Source: Candidatus Bipolaricaulota bacterium
GTDB lineage: Bacteria; Bipolaricaulota; Bipolaricaulia; Bipolaricaulales; Bipolaricaulaceae
Direction of reading: 5' to 3'
Length of the DNA: 64,000 bases
NCBI GenBank assembly: GCA_030550535.1
Contig: JAUQPF010000051.1
Location: 2,974-66,973 of the forward strand
Positions 8,184 through 15,755 of this stretch are shown piece by piece. Below the pieces are notes generated by a model. The model saw only the letters and a program-made list of their open reading frames with translations. It ran no database searches and was not told the origin of the DNA. Both the position numbers and the translations under genes were made by a program. The first letter of the stretch is position 1; each line of letters begins with the position of its first letter.

Positions 8184-10235
8184 ATGAGGCTTCTGCTCCT
8201 CCTCATCCTCTGGGCCCTCGCGGCCCTCGCCGGCCCCGAAAAGCTCGATCCCCTCTTGCGCATGCTCGTGGAAGCCCCGGCGGAGCTCCGGCCCGCCGTG
8301 CTCGCCCCCTATGGGCAGGAACCCGACCCCTGTCTTCCCGTGTTCGTGGAGCTTCAAAGCGGGGCGGTGTGGTGGGAGCTTCCAGGGGCGCGCTCCCTCT
8401 TTGGGCCCCTGGCCACGGCCACCGTCCCTCTCTCCCAGCTTCCTAGGCTCGCGGAGCATCCGGGCGTCCTGCGGATTTGGGCCAGCCGCCCCCTCGAGCC
8501 CCTCTTGGACCGCTCGGTCCCGGAGATCGGCGCCCCGGCCCTCTGGTACGGCACCCCCGGCACCACGGGCCAAGGCGTGGTCCTGGGGATCGTGGACTCC
8601 GGGGTGGATATCCTCCATCCCGCTTTCCGCACGGAGACCGGCGGCTCGCGCCTCCTTTTTTACTGGGACCAGACGAGCCCAGGGATGGGGTGGTTCCCGC
8701 CGTTTTGGGGGGACGAGCCCGGGGAGGGGCGCTACGGTCGGGTGTACGAGCGGCGGGACCTGGAGGCCGCGCTGCGCGCGGGAACGAATCCCGCCCCCGA
8801 CGCCCTGGGTCACGGCACCCACGTGGCGGGGATCGCCGCGGGCGGCCCCGCCCTTGGCCTTCCCGGCGTGGCCCCCGGCGCGGACCTCGTGGTGGTGAAG
8901 ACGAACTTCTACGAGGACAGCGTCCTTGACGGCATCCGCTTCGTGCTCGAGGCCGCCCGGTACCTGGGCCGGCCGGCGGTGGTGAACCTCTCCCTGGGAG
9001 GGCATGCCGGCTCCCACGACGGCCGCTCCCCGCTCGAGCGCGCCGTGGACCTCCTCGCCCAAACGCCCGGGGCCCTCATCGTCTGCGCGGCCGGTAACGA
9101 AGGGCAAAGCCGCATCCACGTGGGCGGGGAGATCCGCTCCCCCACCACCTGGACCGTGGTGCCCTCCGCGGCCTTTGTGACGGTGCGCTTTTGGTACGAC
9201 GATCCCGCGCGGTTCATCGTGACCGTGCGCGCGCCCACCGGCGAGGCCCTCACCGTCCTTCCTGGACAGAGCCGGTCCGTGGCCACGTCCTCCGGCCTGG
9301 TTTGGCTCGACAACACCCTCTCCCCTCTCGTTCAGGAGCCACGCCAGGTCTTTCTCACCCTGAGCGGAGCCGCTCGGGAAGCCCAATGGCGCGTCACCTT
9401 TGAACCCATCTTTCCCGGGCGCGTGGACGGCTGGATCGAAAGCGCCAAGATGGGCTATTTCCTTGAGGGCGATGGCGAACGCACCATTGCCGAGCCCGGG
9501 AACGCTTTGTCTGTGATCACCGTGGGCGCCTATGTCACCCGCACGTCCTGGATCTCCCAGGCGGGGGAGCAGCGGGCTGAGGGGTACGCGCTTTGGGCCC
9601 TGGCACCGTTTTCCTCGCGGGGTCCCACGCGGGACGGCCGGCTCAAGCCGGAGCTTGCCGCTCCCGGCGCGTGGATCGCCTCCGCCCTCTCCTCCGCGGC
9701 CGCGCCCTCCTCCTGGTACGTCCTCCCCGATGGCAAGCACATGGTGCTCGCGGGCACGAGCATGGCCGCGCCCCATGTGGCCGGTGCCTGCGCCCTTCTG
9801 TTATCGCTCAGGCCCGATCTCACGCGGACGGAGGTGCTGGCGGCGCTCCAGCGGGGCGCCCGCGCAGACACCCACGTGGGAACCGCCCCCAACGCCGCCT
9901 GGGGATGGGGGAAGCTCGATCTTCCCGGTGCGTGGGCTTCTTTGGGGCCGTCCCAGCGGCCGCCCGCGCCCTGGCTTGCGGCCTTGGACAACCCGGCGCG
10001 CACGGGCGCCACCTTCCGCTACGGCTGCCCGGAGGGCACCGGATGGGCGGAGCTTCAGGTCTACGATCTTTTGGGCCGCCTCCTTTGGCGGGAGAGCCTG
10101 AACCCCGCCGGGGGCCTGGTCCGCTGGGACCTCCGCACCCTCCAGGGGCACGCGGTGGCCAGCGGCCTTTACCTCGCGGTCCTGGTCACGGATCGGGGGG
10201 CGAGCCCTCCCGTGCGGGTGGTGGTGCAACGGTGA
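8184..10235 (+). CDS. secreted subtilisin-like S8 serine protease with T9SS-type/FlgD-Ig-like C-terminal domain
   Basis: Signal MRLLLLLILWALAALAG. Catalytic triad contexts GIVDSGVD, HGTHVAGIAAG, GTSMAAPHVAG. C-terminus ...AELQVYDLLGRLLWRESLNPAGGLVRWDLRTLQGHAVASGLYLAVLVTDRG...VVVQR. Confidence 0.9.
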   Translation: MRLLLLLILWALAALAGPEKLDPLLRMLVEAPAELRPAVLAPYGQEPDPCLPVFVELQSGAVWWELPGARSLFGPLATATVPLSQLPRLAEHPGVLRIWASRPLEPLLDRSVPEIGAPALWYGTPGTTGQGVVLGIVDSGVDILHPAFRTETGGSRLLFYWDQTSPGMGWFPPFWGDEPGEGRYGRVYERRDLEAALRAGTNPAPDALGHGTHVAGIAAGGPALGLPGVAPGADLVVVKTNFYEDSVLDGIRFVLEAARYLGRPAVVNLSLGGHAGSHDGRSPLERAVDLLAQTPGALIVCAAGNEGQSRIHVGGEIRSPTTWTVVPSAAFVTVRFWYDDPARFIVTVRAPTGEALTVLPGQSRSVATSSGLVWLDNTLSPLVQEPRQVFLTLSGAAREAQWRVTFEPIFPGRVDGWIESAKMGYFLEGDGERTIAEPGNALSVITVGAYVTRTSWISQAGEQRAEGYALWALAPFSSRGPTRDGRLKPELAAPGAWIASALSSAAAPSSWYVLPDGKHMVLAGTSMAAPHVAGACALLLSLRPDLTRTEVLAALQRGARADTHVGTAPNAAWGWGKLDLPGAWASLGPSQRPPAPWLAALDNPARTGATFRYGCPEGTGWAELQVYDLLGRLLWRESLNPAGGLVRWDLRTLQGHAVASGLYLAVLVTDRGASPPVRVVVQR

Positions 10236-11017
10236 TCCTCGTTCTCCTTTGGGCGTTGGGGGTCGTGGGGCAGCCGGCCACGGTGGGAGGGGACGTGCTG
10301 TTCGAGCTGGCGAAGCCTGCGCGGGCCGCGGCCCTCGCCGGGGTGGACCTTGCCCTTCCCTCTTGGGCCACGAACCCTGGGGCCCTGGGGTTCCGCGGGG
10401 GATGGGAAATCGTTTCCGGTTACGCTTCGCCCTTCTTTGCCGGTCATTTTGGGCACGTGGCCCTTGCGGGCCCGGGCTTGGCCCTCGAGGCCTTCCTGTT
10501 CTATTCGGGAGAGATTGCCCCCGGGCTTTCCTTTCGCGCGGAGGGCGGGGCCGCCTCCCTTGGGCTTTCCCTGGGAGCTTTGGGGCTGGGCGTTCGTGCG
10601 CGCCTCCTCCATTTCGGTCAGCCCCAAGAGGCCTTGGGCGCCGCCCTGGATCTGGGCTTCCTTTGGCGGGGTTCCCTTTGGCTGGGCGGGGTTGTGAAGA
10701 ACGTGGGGTCCCAATCCCCCTTCCCTGGAGAACCCTGGCCCCTTGACCTCGCCTGTGCCCTGGTGCTCCCCCTCCGGCTTTGGGGGTTCACCCTTTACGC
10801 GGGCGCGGCGGCCCAGGACCTCCTCACCCTTCCCCGCTACGCCGGCGCCTTGGCTTGGGAGGCGGGGGGGCTCGCCTTGGTCGCGAGCGCGGGCACCACG
10901 GGCCTGGCCCTGGGCGGAAGCCTCGCCTGGGCTTCTTTTCGCCTGGAGTGGGCTTTCCTTGGCCATCCCTCCTTGCCCTTGGGTTTTCGCGTATCCTTAG
11001 CCCTGCAATGGCCATGA
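10232..11017 (+). CDS. PorV/PorQ-family-like outer-membrane beta-barrel protein, paralog A (261 aa)
   Basis: GTG 10232 overlaps the protease stop (GTGA). Short signal ILVLLWALGVVGQ. Motif ...KPARAAALAGVDLALPSWATNPGALG... Gly/Ala/Leu-rich alternating beta-strand pattern. Alignable with the 14960-15751 product. Confidence 0.6.
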   Translation: MILVLLWALGVVGQPATVGGDVLFELAKPARAAALAGVDLALPSWATNPGALGFRGGWEIVSGYASPFFAGHFGHVALAGPGLALEAFLFYSGEIAPGLSFRAEGGAASLGLSLGALGLGVRARLLHFGQPQEALGAALDLGFLWRGSLWLGGVVKNVGSQSPFPGEPWPLDLACALVLPLRLWGFTLYAGAAAQDLLTLPRYAGALAWEAGGLALVASAGTTGLALGGSLAWASFRLEWAFLGHPSLPLGFRVSLALQWP

Positions 11018-14000
11018 AGCGCGCCTTTCTTGTTGTTTTCGCCTTGGCCTTTTTGGCCGGGGCCGCGGAGCAAACGCCCTCCGAGACCTTCACCCTCAGG
11101 GTCACGGGGCAAAAGACCTGGGGCCTCCGCCTGGGCTTTGGGGACCCTGCACTTCTTTCTCTGGAGAAGCTCGAGCCCGGCGGATTCACGCTCACCCAAT
11201 CCCTCTGGGCCCAGATCGAGGGCACCGTCCTGGATTTCCTCACCATCCGTGCGAGCTTCAACGACCAATTGGGGCCGGGGTTCCAAGATTTCCTCGTCAT
11301 CGTGGACCGTAAACCCTGGTATGCGGAGCTAGGGCGGTTCGTGGTGGGTGGGGAGGGCGATGCCCTGGGCGTTTACAACAAGCGCGTTTTGGGTGCGCGG
11401 GTCGCCCTGGGCCGGGAGGGGGTGAACCTGAGCGGCCTCGTGGCCCGCCTGGAAGGGATCTCTGAATCCCTCACGTTTCAGGGCGAGGTGGCTCAGGCCG
11501 AGCGCACCTTCGCCTACGAGGATCCCCGCGAGCCTTGGCTTCCCGCGCCTTACCACCTTTCCCTGGAGGGCCTTTGGTTTGTGGAGCTGCGCCTTCCTTT
11601 CGTGGAGGGCTTTTCCAAGCCGGTCCTGCGCTTCCGTACCGGCTCGGAGCTCCAAGAGTTCCTGAGCGATTGGGGCCTAGGGTACCTCGCCGAGCTCGTC
11701 CAAAAAGGGCCCGCTTGGGACCTTCCCTCCGGCGCCTATTTGGTGGTTCAGGACCAGGCCTATACCCTCCTCTTCCGTCAGGAACCCAAGGTGCTCCTGC
11801 GCAACCGCATCCTGGACCTTTTGGACGGGTACAACGCCGCCCAAGGCCTCACCGGGAAGGACAAGAAAACCTACCCCTTCGTGGTGGATAGCGACCTTGA
11901 GGGGGCGTTCCTTGCGGGGCTTTTGGGCCTCACCGAGCTTAGGGTGGACGAGGAGACTTACCCCTTGGGGGAGGCCGGGCGCCGGCGGTTCCTCTACCTT
12001 GGGGAGCCAAACGTGCGCGAGGAGAGCCTCGCCCTTTCCGTACGCCTTCCGGGCGAGCAGGATTTCCGGGATATCAACGATCCAGCGCTGAGCTCGTTCA
12101 GTTACAAGCTTTTCGCCGCGGAAGGCGTCCTGCGCTTGGATTTTCCTGGGGACTTCTTCCGCCCCGGTGCCGCGGTGCACGTACGTTTCGAGTATGCGCG
12201 CACCGCCGGCGCCTACTTCCTGGGCCTCGCCGTCCTTCCGGGATCCGAGCGGGTCTACCTGAACGGCGAGCTCTTGGCCCGGGACAAGGACTACACCGTC
12301 GACTATGAGGTGGGCCTCCTCACCCTTTTCCGCGCCGTGGGGCCCCGGGACGTGGTGCGCGTGGACTTCGAGCGCCAGCGCGGCGCCTTGGGCGTCCCCG
12401 TGGAGTACGAGCGCTACTTCCTTGGCGCCACCTTGGAGATCGGATCGGCCCGGATCGGCGTGTACCAGGCCGCGGATTTGGGCACCCCCTCCCCCACCTC
12501 CCGCACCATGCCCAACACCCACTCCGTCCTCGCTCTCTCCTGGCAAGGCGAGCTTGGGGACTGGCGGTACTCCGCCCGGCTGGGGTTCTCCGAGAACGTT
12601 TTCCCGCCGGATCTGGGCGAGCGCATCCCGGCGCCGAACCGGGTGAACGCGATCGCCGCCGTGCGCCTGGCCGAAGGTGAGGCCGTCGTGTTCGCTCACC
12701 AAAATGGGATCACCGTGTACCAAAACGGGCGTTTTGCGAACTACGGGAGTGCCCAGGGCCTGGCGGGCCGAGCAGCCCTTTCCCTCCTTCCCCTACCTGG
12801 CGGCCTCCTCGTGGGCACCGAATCCGGCCTCACCGTGGTGGACCTCACGGAGCCCGGGGCCCTGGACAAGGTGCGAAGCTGGACGCGCATATATGCGAGC
12901 GACTGGAACAAAAACCGGACGGAAAGGATCACGGGCACGAAGATCCTCGCCCTCGCGCAGGATGGGGAGCGGGTGTACATGGCCACGGAGGTGGAGCTCT
13001 TGGCCGCGCGATACACGGAGGTGACGCAACCCGAGCGCTGGGAACGTCGGCCGCTTCCTCCAGGAACACCGCGGGCGCTCCTTTGGGCGGGCGAGCTTCT
13101 CCTCGGCACCACCGAGGGCCTTTTCCGATGGCAGGAGGGTGGCTGGACGGAGATCCTTTGGGGCGAGGTGTTCGCCCTCCTTGCGCGTCCGCCCGAGCTT
13201 TTTGTGGCCACGACCGAGGGGATTCGCATCCTCCGGGACGGGCAGGGAGCGGGCTGGCTCGCGTACGGTGAGCCCGTGCGGGCCTTGGCCCTCTGGGAAG
13301 ACCAGGTCTGGTACGTCACACCAAGCGGGGTTTATCGCGAGGGCGAGCTTGTGGTCTCCGGGAACTTCCTGGTCCTGGGCGCCGCCGCTGGGGCCCTTTG
13401 GGCTGGCCCGCAAGCCGACGGGAGCTTCCAAATGGACCTTTGGCAGGTGGCCCCCACCCTCCAGCGCTTCCCTCAGGCCCAGACCAAGATCGACGGCCGG
13501 GATCTTTCCCATTTCTCGGACCCCCCGCGGGAGGGGCGCGTGCGCCTGGGCCCCTCCGCGAGCCTCTCCCTTTCCCGAAAGCTCGGGGACTGGGAATGGC
13601 GAATTGGCCTCTACTCGCAATTCCCTGGTTACGAGGAGATCGGGTACGCAAGCCGCACCGACGCCCACGGCCTCAGTTTCTCCGGCCGGTACGCAAGGGA
13701 GGCCTGGTCCTTGGCCGTGCGCGGCCGCGCCGACCTTGCGGAACTCACGGCCTCGCCGAAGCTCCGTCTTTCCGGGGGCGTGGAGGGCGCATGGAAAGGC
13801 CCGTGGAATTTTTCGTTCGCTCTAAACCCAACGCTTTTGCCCTCCGGAAGGGCGCCCACGCTTTCCCTGGATTTCGGAGTGGGCCTGAGCGCCGGCGGAA
13901 ACCCCGCCTGGTCCGCCTCCCTCTCCGGGAAGCTCTCCCTTCCCGAGCTCTACGTGGCCGGAAGCTTCGGGGGAAAGGTTTCCTTCACCCTTTGGCCGGG

Positions 14001-14811
14001 CTTTTCCTTGGCCCTTTCCTGGGCCCGGCCGTACCGGAGCCGCGGCGCGCCCGGAACAGAGACCCTTACGCTCTCCGCCCGCCTCTCCGGCGGGGATGGG
14101 CTCGCCTGGAACGCCTCCTGGGAGGAGCGGCTAAGCCATCCCCTGGGGCAGCCAAGTTGGAGGCAAAGCCGCACGTTGTCGGGCGAAGTGCGCCTCCCGA
14201 CCTGGACGCAGCCCTGGGGCAAACTGGCCACCCGGCTCGTCGGAGCTTTGGACATGGACCCGGCCGAACTTCGGTTGCGCGGGAACCTTTCGGCTAACCT
14301 GGATTTCTCGCCTAACCTTTTGCAGCTTACCTTCGGAGCCGAGCAAAGTTTTAGGCCGGCGAGCGAACGCACGGCCACAACCCTCACCCTCACCGCCTCC
14401 TGGAACTCCATGGCTTGGCAAAACGTGCGCCCCTCTCTGACGTATCGGCACACGTGGAGGCTCTTGACCCATCCGCGCTACCCGCCGCAGGTCACGGAAT
14501 CCCCAAGCTTGGAGGCCCAGGTGACCTGGGAGCTGGGCGGCGGGAACCGCAACGAGCTTCGCCTCACCTGGACCCCAAGCGCGGGGATGAAGGCCCAGGA
14601 TCGTCTGATGTGGCGGACGCCGTGGGGGCCGGTGCAGGTGGAGTCCACCCTTTCCTGGACCGCGGAGAGGCTCACGGGCAAGGTGCGGCTGGAGGGGGGA
14701 CTTGCTTTGGCCCCCCAGTGGGGTTTGAACGTTGAAACAGGCCTCCTTTTTGGCGGAGGCCCCCTGCGCCTGGCCGGCTTCCTCGGCGCCACCCTGGTGG
14801 CGAGCTTCTAA
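11014..14811 (+). CDS. 1265-aa outer-membrane protein: SprA/Sov-like N-terminal region, central beta-propeller-like repeats, barrel-like C-terminus (tentative)
   Basis: ATG 11014 overlaps the upstream stop (ATGA); alternative ATG 11008. Signal MKRAFLVVFALAFLAGAAEQ. Long amphipathic beta-strand stretches. ...VYLNGELLARDKDYTVDYEVGLLTLF... Ends ...GFLGATLVASF (aromatic OMP-type terminus). Confidence 0.6.
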   Translation: MKRAFLVVFALAFLAGAAEQTPSETFTLRVTGQKTWGLRLGFGDPALLSLEKLEPGGFTLTQSLWAQIEGTVLDFLTIRASFNDQLGPGFQDFLVIVDRKPWYAELGRFVVGGEGDALGVYNKRVLGARVALGREGVNLSGLVARLEGISESLTFQGEVAQAERTFAYEDPREPWLPAPYHLSLEGLWFVELRLPFVEGFSKPVLRFRTGSELQEFLSDWGLGYLAELVQKGPAWDLPSGAYLVVQDQAYTLLFRQEPKVLLRNRILDLLDGYNAAQGLTGKDKKTYPFVVDSDLEGAFLAGLLGLTELRVDEETYPLGEAGRRRFLYLGEPNVREESLALSVRLPGEQDFRDINDPALSSFSYKLFAAEGVLRLDFPGDFFRPGAAVHVRFEYARTAGAYFLGLAVLPGSERVYLNGELLARDKDYTVDYEVGLLTLFRAVGPRDVVRVDFERQRGALGVPVEYERYFLGATLEIGSARIGVYQAADLGTPSPTSRTMPNTHSVLALSWQGELGDWRYSARLGFSENVFPPDLGERIPAPNRVNAIAAVRLAEGEAVVFAHQNGITVYQNGRFANYGSAQGLAGRAALSLLPLPGGLLVGTESGLTVVDLTEPGALDKVRSWTRIYASDWNKNRTERITGTKILALAQDGERVYMATEVELLAARYTEVTQPERWERRPLPPGTPRALLWAGELLLGTTEGLFRWQEGGWTEILWGEVFALLARPPELFVATTEGIRILRDGQGAGWLAYGEPVRALALWEDQVWYVTPSGVYREGELVVSGNFLVLGAAAGALWAGPQADGSFQMDLWQVAPTLQRFPQAQTKIDGRDLSHFSDPPREGRVRLGPSASLSLSRKLGDWEWRIGLYSQFPGYEEIGYASRTDAHGLSFSGRYAREAWSLAVRGRADLAELTASPKLRLSGGVEGAWKGPWNFSFALNPTLLPSGRAPTLSLDFGVGLSAGGNPAWSASLSGKLSLPELYVAGSFGGKVSFTLWPGFSLALSWARPYRSRGAPGTETLTLSARLSGGDGLAWNASWEERLSHPLGQPSWRQSRTLSGEVRLPTWTQPWGKLATRLVGALDMDPAELRLRGNLSANLDFSPNLLQLTFGAEQSFRPASERTATTLTLTASWNSMAWQNVRPSLTYRHTWRLLTHPRYPPQVTESPSLEAQVTWELGGGNRNELRLTWTPSAGMKAQDRLMWRTPWGPVQVESTLSWTAERLTGKVRLEGGLALAPQWGLNVETGLLFGGGPLRLAGFLGATLVASF

Positions 14812-14912
14812 CCGCTCCTCACCCTCGGCCCCTCTCCCCTCCCCGGGGGGTTGGCGTTTCCGAGAAACCCGGACAAAAAGTCCATCTTCCAGGTTCAGGG
14901 AGCTTAAAAAAT

Positions 14913-14949
14913 CCTCTCCCCTGTGGGGAGAGGGAAAAGGGTTGAGGGG
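14913..14949. repeat. REP-like element, partial copy (inner hairpin plus right outer arm)
   Basis: CCTCTCCCC-TGT-GGGGAGAGG followed by AAAA-GGGTTGAGGGG. Sits between two convergent genes (stops at 14811 and 14960). Confidence 0.8.
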
Positions 14950-14959
14950 CCTTCCCCCT

Positions 14960-15751
14960 TCAGAACCGCAGGCCGAACCCGAAGCGGTGGGAGGGCGAAA
15001 GGAGTGGATGGGTGAGGAGGGCGTAGTCCACCTTGTAGTTCCCGAACCGCACGCCGAGCCCCAGGGCCACGCGGAAAACCCCGCCCTCTTGGCGTAGGCC
15101 GGCGCGCACCTCGGCCATCCCCAACAACGCCCAGCCCACGCCGAGCGCGATGTACTCCGAGGTCAGGTCCAGGGCGGCGGAGAGGCCAAAGGGGCTCACC
15201 CAGGCTCCGGCCAGGACGAACTCCGTGGAAAGCCCTCCAAAGGCGAGCTCCCGCAGGACTAGGGCGGCGCGGATCTCCCCAAAAGGCGAGGGGAAGGAGC
15301 CCAAAACGCCCACATCGATTCCAAATCCTGTCGCGGACTCGCCCGCGATGTTCGTGCTTTGGAAGCGAAGGCCGATTCCGCCAAGGACGGGGAAGCCGAA
15401 GGTGCGGAGGTCCAGGCCGAAGCCCGCCAGCAGGCCGAGCTGGGAAAAGCCAAGGTTTTCGCCGGCGGAAGTTCCGAGGTACCCGATCCCCGCGCCCAGG
15501 CTGGGGAGGGCCGCGCCCACGTAGCCCGCGCCCACCCAGCCCGCGAGGATCGTGGAGTCCACAACGATCCCCCGGACTTTGGCCAGGCCCGCGGGGTTAT
15601 AGAGGAGCCCTTCGGCGTCCTCGGCCAGGGCCGCGTAGGCCCCGCCCAGGCCCATGGCCCGGGTGCCCAGGCCCAGGTCGAAAAGGGAAACCTGGGCCCA
15701 GGCCCCCGCGCTCGCCATCGCCACCCAAAAGGCCAGAAAAATTCTGCGCAT
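14960..15751 (-). CDS. PorV/PorQ-family-like outer-membrane beta-barrel protein, paralog B (263 aa)
   Basis: ATG comp(15749-15751) with GGAGGTAAAG upstream, 4 nt after the stop of the 1013-aa gene. Signal MRRIFLAFWVAMASAGAWAQ. Motif LGLGTRAMGLGGAYAALAEDAEGLLYNPAGLA. Ends ...HRFGFGLRF. Confidence 0.7.
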   Translation of the reverse strand: MRRIFLAFWVAMASAGAWAQVSLFDLGLGTRAMGLGGAYAALAEDAEGLLYNPAGLAKVRGIVVDSTILAGWVGAGYVGAALPSLGAGIGYLGTSAGENLGFSQLGLLAGFGLDLRTFGFPVLGGIGLRFQSTNIAGESATGFGIDVGVLGSFPSPFGEIRAALVLRELAFGGLSTEFVLAGAWVSPFGLSAALDLTSEYIALGVGWALLGMAEVRAGLRQEGGVFRVALGLGVRFGNYKVDYALLTHPLLSPSHRFGFGLRF

Positions 15752-15755
15752 GGCT

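Noticed and set aside
8118-9776. N-terminal 550 codons of the 728-aa minus-strand ORF 7590..9776, and the 7461..8183 extension of the protease ORF.
   Set aside because: Only the last 175 codons look like a protein (PadR). The rest is antisense to the well-supported S8 protease gene. The protease extension crosses the padR gene and precedes an obvious signal peptide.
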